A stretch of DNA of 64,000 bases from Candidatus Latescibacterota bacterium (GTDB lineage Bacteria; Latescibacterota; UBA2968; GCA-2709665), in the NCBI GenBank assembly GCA_965219455.1, contig OZ244744.1, forward strand, positions 4,160,001 through 4,224,000. The letters are read 5' to 3'. The notes beneath the pieces were generated by a model. That model saw only the letters and a program-made list of their open reading frames with translations, was not told the DNA's origin and did no database searches. This document shows, one piece after another, positions 28,412-38,728 of the stretch. Each line of letters opens with the position of its first letter. The first letter of the stretch is position 1. The position numbers and the translations under genes are program-made.

Positions 28412-29607
28412 GAAGGGAGACACCGGTGGCAGAGCCCCATGATTCCTGCGAATCCCTGCTTCAGGCGATGGTCGGATTCGACACCGTCAATTCGGCGATT
28501 TCCGGGAAGCCGGATGCGGAGCGGGCGCTTTCGGTGTATATGGAGGGGCAGGCTGAGGCAATGGGGCTCGATACGCGCCGATTGCCGGTGACAGGGGACG
28601 GGTTCAATCTGTTGGTCACTCACCAGGTGGATCGACAGGCGCCGTGGCTGCTGTTTGAAAGCCACCTTGATACGGTGAGCGTTGACGGGATGACGGTGGA
28701 TCCGTTCGAGGGACGGATTCTGGGCGGGAGACTGTATGGTCGGGGCGCGTGCGATACGAAGGGTACGGGCGCGGCAATGTTTTGGGCGCTTTTTCGATAC
28801 CGTCAGCGCGGGGGCCGGAACAACGTGGCGATCCTGTTTACCCTGGACGAGGAGATCGGAAAGACGGGCGTACGCACCTTTGTGGCGTCGCAGTTACCGG
28901 ACCTGGGCTGGCGGCCGGTGGGTGTGGTCGTGGGTGAGCCCACAAAACTTCGGGCCGTGGTTGCTCACAACGGCGTGGTGCGCTGGCGAATTCGGACGCA
29001 GGGCGTGGCCGCCCACTCTTCGAATCCCGGCAGAGGACGGTCCGCCATTGGCATGATAACGGAGGTGATCGGGGCGCTCGAGGAACGCTATATTCCCCGT
29101 CTGACGGCTGAACATCCTCTGACAGGCAAGGCGCAATGCAGCATCAATCTCATCAGGGGCGGGACCCAAATCAACATTATCCCGGAACACTGCGAGATTC
29201 ATGTGGACAGGCGCCTGGTGCCAGGCGAGGATCCGGACACGGTCATACCGGCGGTGGAACGCATTCTGGATGAACTTCGGGCGGGCAATCCGAATTTGAC
29301 GGTCGTTCAGGAAGCGCCCGACATGTTGGATAGCCCGCTGGACCCGACAGGAGGCAGAGAGTTCGGCGCATTCGTGGCCTCTGTGCTGAAATCGACGGGT
29401 CTGCCGGACGGCCTGACCGGCGTCGGCTACGGGACGGATGCCAGCAGCTTCAGCCGTGTGGGTATCCCGGCGGTTGTTCTTGGGCCGGGGGACATCGCAC
29501 AGGCACACACGGCAGGCGAGTGGATCGATCTCGGGCAGTTGAATTCAGGCGTTGACGTGTACCACAACCTGATGATGAGCAAGGTGCCAATGCATTTTTT
29601 AGAATAA
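28408..29607 (+). CDS. M20 metallo-amidohydrolase (ArgE/DapE acetylornithine deacetylase-like)
   Basis: 'SHLDTV', 'GRGACDTKG', 'DEEIG', 'GEPT', 'GTDA', 'GPGDIAQAH...E'; ATGA overlap with the upstream gene. Confidence 0.9.
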   Translation: MRRETPVAEPHDSCESLLQAMVGFDTVNSAISGKPDAERALSVYMEGQAEAMGLDTRRLPVTGDGFNLLVTHQVDRQAPWLLFESHLDTVSVDGMTVDPFEGRILGGRLYGRGACDTKGTGAAMFWALFRYRQRGGRNNVAILFTLDEEIGKTGVRTFVASQLPDLGWRPVGVVVGEPTKLRAVVAHNGVVRWRIRTQGVAAHSSNPGRGRSAIGMITEVIGALEERYIPRLTAEHPLTGKAQCSINLIRGGTQINIIPEHCEIHVDRRLVPGEDPDTVIPAVERILDELRAGNPNLTVVQEAPDMLDSPLDPTGGREFGAFVASVLKSTGLPDGLTGVGYGTDASSFSRVGIPAVVLGPGDIAQAHTAGEWIDLGQLNSGVDVYHNLMMSKVPMHFLE

Positions 29608-29761
29608 ATTGGCTATATCGGATTTATTGCCAGGTTTTCCTTTTCTGAGATTGGTAGCTGTTTTTACCCGCAAATTTGTTTTGGCAGGGACACTCTCGTT
29701 GTTTCGAAAGGTCGTCGAGAGACAAATCCTTTTTTCGTATGGAATTCATTTATGTAAGAGA

Positions 29762-30325
<564 letters not shown>

Positions 30326-30458
30326 TTACCGAGTTCCGAGCTTCCCGCTCCATTCCTCCTGACAGTGAACCCGGGTCGCGTTGTGGATTCGAATATAGCA
30401 CCCTATGCGTTGCCAACCATCCAAATTGCGGTTGACATCGCCCATCCTGCATCCGCGC

Positions 30459-31214
30459 CTACGCCTTATCCCATTCCGCATGAACAGTGCAGGCCGAAAG
30501 TTGAACTCGTCTGACCGTTATCTTTGCATCGGACCGGTCGATCGCCACCACTGCCGCCACGCGATCTCCAACGGTACATTCGATCACTGGCGCATCCCGT
30601 TCGAAGACCTTTAGGGGCGTCTGCTGAATGGAGTTAAAGATGCTGATCGGAACCTCAACAAGCTGATACTTGTGCGGGATCTTGCCAATGTCTTCCCGAA
30701 ACGCTCTGAGCATGACGATCTGAGTAACGGCCCTCTGGTACTGCCTGAACAATTCAAGTGTACGGTCTCGTCGATCTCTGGCGGTGCGTACGTCCTGAAT
30801 CCACGCGGCCTCCGTCAGTTTGGAAATGTGCAATGCAGTCTTGGTTAAGTTCTTGGCTGCAGTGGATTTTAGAGACAATCGCCGACGGTTACCTGACTTA
30901 GGACGAACGACCATATCAACAAATCGCTGAGTTCGGGAGCCAGGAGGATCAACTGACCAGTTAAGGTGTTCACAGGCGTTTCTGAACACAGTCTCAAACG
31001 ACGAGAGCCCCAACGGCTCGGTAGTAGCTCCATGGTGAACCGATAAAGCAAGCCCGAAGTATTCAATCCAGTCTGGCTCACCCGTCAGCCATGTTCCTCT
31101 AGATCGAATGTTGGCACTCGGAGGTTTCGCCAAGGATTCCATAACCCTTGCAACGAATTCGATCTTGACCGGTGAGAATGCATCGAGAGTTGCCTTGAGT
31201 TCATCAAGCGTCAT
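30459..31214 (-). CDS. SmaI-like type II restriction endonuclease
   Basis: Segments matching R.SmaI as recalled: 'FGLALSVHH', 'SRTQRFVD', 'LSLKSTAAKNL...LHISK..E', 'YQLVEVP', 'CTVHAEWD'; ATGA overlap with the MTase stop. Confidence 0.7.
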   Translation of the reverse strand: MTLDELKATLDAFSPVKIEFVARVMESLAKPPSANIRSRGTWLTGEPDWIEYFGLALSVHHGATTEPLGLSSFETVFRNACEHLNWSVDPPGSRTQRFVDMVVRPKSGNRRRLSLKSTAAKNLTKTALHISKLTEAAWIQDVRTARDRRDRTLELFRQYQRAVTQIVMLRAFREDIGKIPHKYQLVEVPISIFNSIQQTPLKVFERDAPVIECTVGDRVAAVVAIDRSDAKITVRRVQLSACTVHAEWDKA

Positions 31215-32173
31215 GATACGCACAACCGCCGTTCAATCAGGTCCACGAAACCGGGCTTGAGTTCAATCCCAACCCACCTTCGCCCAAGTTCACGTGCCGC
31301 CAGTAGAGTTGTTCCCGAACCCGCATACGGGTCGAGTACGATACTGTCGTCTCTGCTTGTGATGGCTACGCAGCATCGAGCAACCGATAGAGGCATCATC
31401 GCAGGATGGTCATCCGCCTTCCCATTTACGCGCTTCACCGGTTCAGTGGGAATCTCCCAAACCGTTCGAAGGCGACGGTCACGCGGCCCCTTGACGATTT
31501 CGTGGTCGTAGTAATAGTCCTTGTCTTTTGACAAGAGGAAAACAGTCTCGTGAGCTTTGGTTGGCCGGTCTTGAACGGACTCAGGATGGGCGTTCGGCTT
31601 GTGCCAAATGACTTCACTACGAACCCACCAACCCGCATCCTGTAGAGCGAACGCCAATCTCCAGGGAACACCTATCAAGTCCTTTGGCTTAAGTCCTTCC
31701 GGCGTCGGCGGTCGCACTGCCATAGCGCGTGCACGGTTTTTTCGATCTGGCGCCCGATATTTCCGGTTGCCGGATGTGTAGGAATCACCAACGTTCAGCC
31801 AGACAGTGCCATCGTCGCGCAAGACACGCCTTATCTGCTCGAAGGTGCAAACAATGCTCTTGACGTAGCCGCGCAGGCTGTCGTCCCGCCCAATCTGTTC
31901 CGCAACCCCGTAATCGCGCAGTGACCAATAGGGCGGTGACGTGACAACGGTCTGAATGGACTTTTCAGGGAGAAGCTTCAGAGCTTGCGTGGCATCGCCG
32001 CAAATCACCATTGGGCGAGTAATAGCCTGGAATGGCGGTCTGCTCAGCGTGTCAACTCGAATGTGTGGTTCTTGCGATGCGTTCCCTACGTGTGAACACG
32101 GTTGTACGGAATGCCCAAAAAGCGCAAGCTGGTGACTTTCGAATGAACTCGCTTGTAGGCCCTTGTCGCTCAC
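31211..32173 (-). CDS. N4-cytosine DNA methyltransferase, beta class (M.SmaI/M.XmaI/M.Cfr9I-like)
   Basis: Motif IV 'TSPPY' precedes motif I 'DPYAGSGTT'; TRD segment 'YTSGNRKYRAPDRKNRARAMAVRPPTPEGLKPKDLIG.PWRLAFALQ' resembles CCCGGG m4C MTases. Confidence 0.88.
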   Translation of the reverse strand: MSDKGLQASSFESHQLALFGHSVQPCSHVGNASQEPHIRVDTLSRPPFQAITRPMVICGDATQALKLLPEKSIQTVVTSPPYWSLRDYGVAEQIGRDDSLRGYVKSIVCTFEQIRRVLRDDGTVWLNVGDSYTSGNRKYRAPDRKNRARAMAVRPPTPEGLKPKDLIGVPWRLAFALQDAGWWVRSEVIWHKPNAHPESVQDRPTKAHETVFLLSKDKDYYYDHEIVKGPRDRRLRTVWEIPTEPVKRVNGKADDHPAMMPLSVARCCVAITSRDDSIVLDPYAGSGTTLLAARELGRRWVGIELKPGFVDLIERRLCVS

Positions 32174-32732
32174 GTTCCACTCACATTGGGAAGGATCGAA
32201 GGCTTTGCGAATAGTAATTGCTCACATGTTGCTTTGTTGTCCATTATCTCAAGGTCGGCCAAGCCATTTGTGGCACAGTTTACGACGAATTGCCACTGGC
32301 AGGCGCGTGGCGGATGCTGGTGGTTGGCTGCTCTGGATCGTCAACAGCCCACACGCCGATTGACCGAACCAACTCCATTTTGCCTTTTACGTCAATTTCT
32401 CATCATTACTTAAAAATAGGCAAATTTCATGCGAACAACAATAGAAGAATTCCGGATGATGACGTTAGATCGATCGACCGATCGATCATGGTCCGTCTTC
32501 CAGCGACCGGAAGGCGCAAAAACGTTGAACAGAATTCCCAAACGGTGGCTTCTGAGGGTTCGCGATGACAAATGTCGAAGGCCATTGCCCAAAACTGTTG
32601 TTTCCCGTTGAAGTCCAGGAACTCTTCTTTTAATCAGAAAGGGGCCGTTAGCGGGTAGGTGAACAGGCAACGCCTTTCTTATTTGGCGAGAAAGCTGAGT
32701 TGGCTATCGGTCATCCATAAAAGATGCCGAAG

Positions 32733-34583
32733 TCATTGGATCAAGCCCTCTTTGATTGGCCAGGATAGAAAACTGAGGTTTCTGCTTCTCGCCCAATTCC
32801 TGGCTGCCTCAGCGAGACGGTCGTTACGCGATTTTAGGAAAATTGTGGCCACATTTTTGTCGCCGTAGAACCGAAGAGCGTCGATAAGAACAGGCTCATA
32901 GCCTCTGATATTTCTCTTAATATAGAACCGATGGGCGCCAGCGACAATGGGCAGATTTCGCTTTCTCAACTCATTGATTAATGCCTCGGACGCTTGATCA
33001 TTCGCAATTTCAGCCAGGTCTTCCGCTGCACGGATACGGGTCCCGAGATCCATATCGTGGAACTGTCTTAGAATGTCTTCTACGAGATTCCCGGTCGATT
33101 CAGTATCTCTCCAATTTGGATCAAGCATATCCAATGAACGAGATACGTCCGTTACTCTCAGCCGTTTCGACCTTACAGCATCCAGCATAGCCTGAAACGC
33201 ACGTTTATCGCCGATTTTTCCCAATGCCATTGCCGCTTCCCGTCGAACATCAATAGAAGGGTCATTCAAGGCGGCAATCAATGGCTCCAAGGAACCTCGA
33301 TCACCGATTCTACGTAGTGCCGCTGTACCAGCACGACGAACAAAGGAGCTTCGACTGCTCATGAGTCTTACGAGGGCATTTGCGGACCTGGCGTCCTTAA
33401 GTTCTCCCAATGCCTGTGCGATCGCGATGCGGACATCCCGTGGACTCTCAATGACGATTTCAGAAAATGGGCCAACATCGGATACTGTGGCGTCATCCAG
33501 AGCCGCAATGAGTGCGTTGACTGCGGTTGTATCTCCAATCTTACCCAATGCGGCCGCCGCGGCAAATCGAACGGATCGAATTGAATCTTCGAGCGCTTGA
33601 CGCAAGGGTTCAAGCGCGCGCGCATCTCCCATTTCGCCTAAGGCGTACAACAAATCGGTGCGGACGCTCCAGTCAGGTTCATTCGCCAACGCACTGGTCA
33701 GGGACCCCAGTATGCTTGCATCTCTCATTTCACCGAGACCTTCGGCTGCAGCTTCTCTGACAAGCGGATTCTCGTCGTTCATGAGTTCAAGAAGCTCGTC
33801 CTTCAGTGATTCTGCCCACTCTTCATCCGTCCAGTGTCGGTTGATTCTTGCAAACGTCGCGGCAATGCTTCGGCGTTTTGTCTCGGCGAGTTTCTCGTCT
33901 TTGAATCTGGAGATTAGATGCGATAGTGCTCGATCCGTGTCTTCACTTTCCTCCCAATCCGGGTCCAGGTTTTCCAATGCATAGGCGATTAGAGAACCTA
34001 ACGCACTGTCTTGGACTTCCCTGACAAGAGCCTGTGTAAGCGGATCAATCGCACTCGGATCACCGACGTTTTTTAGTGCAAGTATTGCTGCAGCGCGGAC
34101 GAACCTGTTTTCGTCGTTCAAACATCCGGAGAGAATCTCAACACAACCGACACTTCCAATATCTCCCAATGCAGAGACCGCGGTCATTCGAAGGTTAGGA
34201 TCCGTTTTCGTTAGCAATTTTGATATAGGACCCGTTGCCCGTGAGTCCTTCAGTGCGCCGAGGGCCTCAATTGCGGCCAGCCCGACAATCCGTTCACGGT
34301 CGTCGATTTTAGACAGTAGCGGGTCCACGGAACTGGGATCCTGAATCGTCCCAAGGACATCGATCGCCTTGAGACGGACCCTCGTGTCGGGATCATTGAG
34401 CGCCCTGTTCAGTGCTTCAATTGAACGCTGGTCTCTGTTCCGGGAAAGCGACTCGATTGCGTGAAGTCGAACACCAGCACGCTTATGTCCAAGATTCCGA
34501 ATGTCCTTTTTAACACTGGAATCGCAATTGGAGAGCGAGAGGGCCGCACACAAAAACAAGCCGATATTTAGAATGCGGTGCAT
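32733..34583 (-). CDS. HEAT-repeat (PBS lyase-type) protein, probable lipoprotein
   Basis: Many 'L.D....VR..AA.ALG.IGD..A...L' repeats; signal peptide ending LSNC from ATG 34583 (alternative ATG at 34601). Confidence 0.85.
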   Translation of the reverse strand: MHRILNIGLFLCAALSLSNCDSSVKKDIRNLGHKRAGVRLHAIESLSRNRDQRSIEALNRALNDPDTRVRLKAIDVLGTIQDPSSVDPLLSKIDDRERIVGLAAIEALGALKDSRATGPISKLLTKTDPNLRMTAVSALGDIGSVGCVEILSGCLNDENRFVRAAAILALKNVGDPSAIDPLTQALVREVQDSALGSLIAYALENLDPDWEESEDTDRALSHLISRFKDEKLAETKRRSIAATFARINRHWTDEEWAESLKDELLELMNDENPLVREAAAEGLGEMRDASILGSLTSALANEPDWSVRTDLLYALGEMGDARALEPLRQALEDSIRSVRFAAAAALGKIGDTTAVNALIAALDDATVSDVGPFSEIVIESPRDVRIAIAQALGELKDARSANALVRLMSSRSSFVRRAGTAALRRIGDRGSLEPLIAALNDPSIDVRREAAMALGKIGDKRAFQAMLDAVRSKRLRVTDVSRSLDMLDPNWRDTESTGNLVEDILRQFHDMDLGTRIRAAEDLAEIANDQASEALINELRKRNLPIVAGAHRFYIKRNIRGYEPVLIDALRFYGDKNVATIFLKSRNDRLAEAARNWARSRNLSFLSWPIKEGLIQ

Positions 34584-34771
34584 TGTCAGCCCGCCATCCA
34601 TCAGCCGCCCTTTCCAGGACGTTGCTCGTCCGATTCAAGGCGCAAAATAAACACTTCGATCGGTCCAAGTGTCCGGCTAAGGATCACGCTGCTGCAAAAC
34701 TTCAGAGCCAGACGGCGAACTCCAATCGTAGGTGTCATGATCTCTAAGCTACAAGCCTGGTTGATCAAATA

Positions 34772-36145
34772 CTATAATCTCTCTGAGCCCTTCATTGCCT
34801 CGATTCGCCAACTGAATTCCTCAACCAAGTGATGTCGAAAACCGATGACCCGAAACCTAATCTGGCCATTTTGGTCTACAAACGTCGTAATCGGTAGCCC
34901 TCTGAGAAGATCAAGCTCTTGATGTTGGTCGTCGAACAAGACGGGGACGTGGATATTCTTGTCTTCAAGCCATTGTACGATCTTGATCGGATCAGCATCG
35001 GCAGTGATTGTGATGACTTCGACTTCGCCGTCATTCTTGTATTTGTCGAAGAGTTCCTGGATTTCCGGTAGTTCACGAACACAAGGTCCACACCAGGTCG
35101 CCCAGTAGTTGATGACAAGGACTTTTCCCTTGAGATCTCTGAAAAATACGGTGTCTCCGTTGAGATTTCTTAAGGAAAAACCGGGGCAAGGAAGCGAATC
35201 ATTAATCTTCGATGCCAGGATATCGGATCGTCTGATGGTCCGTTCTTCAACCTTTAAGAAATCGGCCAGATAATCGCTTTTCTTTCTGTTTTGCGATCCA
35301 GAAATAGTAACGAGGCGTCCAACTAAAGGATCTGATGGTAGAACAGATTCTCCATTTTGTACTCTGATGGAGAGCGCTTTCTTCCATAGTGTCATAGCCT
35401 TAATCGTATCCATAATCGCAAGATTGGCATCGCCGCAATTGATGAAATAATCCAATGTCTTCCTATCGCGCCCGTACATTATCAATTGAACATCACGTTC
35501 CTTGGGTAAGAACACCTCTGCACTCTTAAAAGCCTCCAGGGATTCTTGTTTTCGTCCCTGAATGAACGAAATTCTCCCCAAAGCAGCGTATAGTCGGAAG
35601 GCCTGATCATGCGCATTGTGCCTACCATTTATACCCTTCAGGACTGCAGTTTTAGCTTCTTCAAGGAATGTCGTATATAGGGCCAACGCGATAGGTGCAT
35701 CGGCGAAAGTTTCAATGGGGTTGTTTCGTTCACGCTGGATCAGTTGCTTGAACAGATAGAGCAGCTCAGACGTCGGGAAATCTTCTTGGTAGATTGCTCT
35801 CCAAAAAAGGTACCTATAAGCCTCACCCAACAACTCCAGCCCATCTCCAATTGGCCGATCAAGTCTCATCCTGAGCAGCCGTACGGCTTTCTCAGTTCCT
35901 ATCGCATCTCCATCAACCTGGCTAAGGACAAGAGCAGCGGCGGCGACTTCACGATCTGAGGAGTTGATTCTGAGCAATTCAATGGCAGTTGCAACTCGTG
36001 ATGAATCATTGGGCGCTGCGTCCAGAACAGTGGTGCAAATCAATAAGATTTGGACCACTGCAATCCTCCAGGAAGGAGCCTCGAATATGCCGGTAAGTCT
36101 GTCGAGATACCTGCGGCTGTGTATTCGGAAATAGTACATAGGCAT
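34772..36145 (-). CDS. TPR-like helical protein with C-terminal TlpA/ResA thioredoxin domain
   Basis: 'GKVLVINYWATWCGPCVRELP', 'GLPITTFVDQNGQIR'; helical repeats upstream. Start position uncertain. Confidence 0.8.
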   Translation of the reverse strand: MPMYYFRIHSRRYLDRLTGIFEAPSWRIAVVQILLICTTVLDAAPNDSSRVATAIELLRINSSDREVAAAALVLSQVDGDAIGTEKAVRLLRMRLDRPIGDGLELLGEAYRYLFWRAIYQEDFPTSELLYLFKQLIQRERNNPIETFADAPIALALYTTFLEEAKTAVLKGINGRHNAHDQAFRLYAALGRISFIQGRKQESLEAFKSAEVFLPKERDVQLIMYGRDRKTLDYFINCGDANLAIMDTIKAMTLWKKALSIRVQNGESVLPSDPLVGRLVTISGSQNRKKSDYLADFLKVEERTIRRSDILASKINDSLPCPGFSLRNLNGDTVFFRDLKGKVLVINYWATWCGPCVRELPEIQELFDKYKNDGEVEVITITADADPIKIVQWLEDKNIHVPVLFDDQHQELDLLRGLPITTFVDQNGQIRFRVIGFRHHLVEEFSWRIEAMKGSERL

Positions 36146-36340
36146 TACCGTAACTCAATGGGTTACAATTCGTCCTCCCCAGCTGCCGGCACAGGGTGGC
36201 AAACTGGGATGTCTGATAGTGCTACTCGTTTTTTCGACCAGTCCGAAGACGCACGGGTTGCGCTGCCTTTTTCTTAAGGTCTTCAAAGCCTTCCCCTGGA
36301 AACCGGCGTCAACGTCGAAAATGAAACAGGTCATAGAACA

Positions 36341-38728
36341 TTAATTCCCGACGCCGGGCTCGCCAGTTTCGGAAACTGTCTCGACCTGAAGTTCGGGAAG
36401 TACAAATTTGAATGGCAGCGTTATCCAGACGGGTACGGTATTGCCGTCACGTTCAGCCGGTTTGTACCTGAATTGTGTAACTACATCAATCGCTGGATTA
36501 CGAAATATCTCATCGCCTTCCAGTACGTGTACGTCGCTAACGGAGCCATTCACATTGACCTTGAACTTCAATTTCACTCTGCCTGTCAATCCAGCTTTTC
36601 GCGCTACGCCAGGGTAATCTGGCCGAACATTATTCGGGTTCAGATGGACGGGCATTACGTGAACCTCCGAAATCTCGAAGACCTCATTGCCGTCAATACC
36701 GCTACTGTCGGCAGCCGCTTCGTCCTGATTTTCGGGAAGCGCGAACGCAATGCGCTGGGCCATCCACGCCGGGACCGGTTTGCCACCAAGTTCAGCAGGC
36801 TTGAACCGAAATTGCGATAGGGCATCGGTCGCCGGCTTCCGGAAGATTGCTTGCCCTTTCAAGACTTTAATGTCGCTGACAGTACCGTCCGCGTTGACCT
36901 TGAGCCTTAGGAATACGTTGCCTTTTAACCCTGCTCTTAGCGCTAAATCCGGGTAAATTGGCGGAACAGAATGCGTGAGGACCGGTTTTTCGTCAACCTC
37001 CCATATCTCGAAGGCCTTTTCGGCTTCAGCGTCACCCTTTTCGGGTGGCGGCACGGACTTTGGTTTGGGTAGCTGAAAACTGATTCGCTGCGTCATCCAC
37101 ACGGGGACAGGCTTGCCTTCGTGCTCGGCAGGCGTGAACCGACATTGCGAAATGGCATCGATCGCAGGTTTGTGAAAAATCGCCTTTCCTTTTAGGACGT
37201 TGATGTGGCTTACCGTTCCATTTACGTTTACTACAAAACGCAAGAACACGTTTCCCACTAAACCAGCTTTTCGCGCCTTATCCGGATAAACTGGTCCAAC
37301 GGGATTTGTGAGAACCGGTTTAACGTCGACTGACCAGAATTCTAAGACATTGTCTGGTTTAGATGAAAAACGAATTGGTGTCAACAAGGTAACGGGCACG
37401 ACTTTTCCGTTGTACTCAGCGGGCTTGAAACGCCATTGCAACACAGCATCTGTCGCGGCATTGTGAAATATCTCCGGTCCCTTCAATACGGTCACGTCGC
37501 TTACCGAACCGTCGACATTGACGATAATCTTTAGATGCACAACACCATCTATTTTGTTTTCTGGCGCTTCTTCAGGATATTCGGGTGGGAGAATCTTCAC
37601 GGGATGGGGTTTGACGTCGACCTCTTTTATGTCGTAGACGACGTACAAAACGTCGTTGCCGTCAACATGACCAGATACAGCACCGACCTCCCGGGGTTGT
37701 GTATTTTCGACGGTCCTGTCGTCTGTAGCAGACTTCGACACCTCCAGTCCACGTTCATTCTGCGTATATGCTTCTCGGATCGAGAACGGCGCGATCATGA
37801 GTCCGATGAGAACGGGAATCGCCAACTGCCACTTCGACCGTTTCATTTCGCCCTCCTTGTAATTGAGTAAGTGCTCGAATCGTGCTTTCAGCGTCGTTTC
37901 GCGCTCGATTAAATACAGGGTCAAGGCACTCGGCGCAGGTCGCCTGTCTACAAAGTCCAGGAGCAGGCGCCCGTATTCGGCAGGCGTCAGGTTCGTTTCG
38001 CGCAAAACCGCTTCGTCGCAGCGCAATTCGCGGAGGTACATCAACTTGCGGTTCAACAGCCAGATCAGGGGGTTTGCGCCGAAAAGAGCCGTTGCCATGG
38101 CCTGCAGTGTCAGCACGTAGATATCTCGTCTTTCAAAATGCGCCAACTCGTGCCTGACAACGCCCCGTAGCTCGTCGGGCGACCAGGACGACCAGTTCGA
38201 CGGCAGGTACAATCGCGGCCTTTCTAAGCCCACCAGAGTGGGAGAAGGCAGGCTGGATTTGGAATATACTTTCAGGTTCCGGGTTCCGATCAGTGATGCA
38301 ATCTTGGGCGCCAGTTCAACCGGGATTGCCGATTTCAACATACGATGAAAGGCCGCGTTTTTCCACAGAGCCACACCTGCCCAGACCAGGACTGAAAGAA
38401 TCCACAGGCAGAACAGGTAGAACGCCGGAGGAAGGGTCGTCACGGCCACTGTGGAAAATGAAATGGCATCAGAGACCACGCCGGAATAAAAGGGATCATC
38501 TACCGCGACATTTGTCGATAAAATCAGAAACGCGGGTATTGGGATGGCTAAAACGGGCGGGACAAACACCTTCGCCAGTCCCAGCAGATAGAGCGCATAT
38601 CTCATTCGCGTTTCCAGCGCCAACCATCGATCCACGGCCCACACCAGCAATATGAACAGCGACACTTCGATCATGTGCACCGCGTAAAGCGGCCACCACG
38701 CTTCGGCCAGGGTGATCAACGTATTCAT
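36341..38728 (-). CDS. BlaR1/MecR1-type M56 peptidase fused to four TonB C-terminal domains
   Basis: 'PRLYLP', HExxH 'HELAH', 'NPLIW', 'RELRCDEAVL'; then a TM segment and four 'P.YP..A...G..G.V.L...VN.DG.VS...VL.G...F..PA.DA..Q.RF.PA' repeats. Confidence 0.9.
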   Translation of the reverse strand: MNTLITLAEAWWPLYAVHMIEVSLFILLVWAVDRWLALETRMRYALYLLGLAKVFVPPVLAIPIPAFLILSTNVAVDDPFYSGVVSDAISFSTVAVTTLPPAFYLFCLWILSVLVWAGVALWKNAAFHRMLKSAIPVELAPKIASLIGTRNLKVYSKSSLPSPTLVGLERPRLYLPSNWSSWSPDELRGVVRHELAHFERRDIYVLTLQAMATALFGANPLIWLLNRKLMYLRELRCDEAVLRETNLTPAEYGRLLLDFVDRRPAPSALTLYLIERETTLKARFEHLLNYKEGEMKRSKWQLAIPVLIGLMIAPFSIREAYTQNERGLEVSKSATDDRTVENTQPREVGAVSGHVDGNDVLYVVYDIKEVDVKPHPVKILPPEYPEEAPENKIDGVVHLKIIVNVDGSVSDVTVLKGPEIFHNAATDAVLQWRFKPAEYNGKVVPVTLLTPIRFSSKPDNVLEFWSVDVKPVLTNPVGPVYPDKARKAGLVGNVFLRFVVNVNGTVSHINVLKGKAIFHKPAIDAISQCRFTPAEHEGKPVPVWMTQRISFQLPKPKSVPPPEKGDAEAEKAFEIWEVDEKPVLTHSVPPIYPDLALRAGLKGNVFLRLKVNADGTVSDIKVLKGQAIFRKPATDALSQFRFKPAELGGKPVPAWMAQRIAFALPENQDEAAADSSGIDGNEVFEISEVHVMPVHLNPNNVRPDYPGVARKAGLTGRVKLKFKVNVNGSVSDVHVLEGDEIFRNPAIDVVTQFRYKPAERDGNTVPVWITLPFKFVLPELQVETVSETGEPGVGN

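Noticed and set aside
32186-32670. Short ORFs upstream of the methyltransferase as an RM controller (C) protein
   Set aside because: None shows an Xre-type helix-turn-helix, and the overlapping frames look non-coding.
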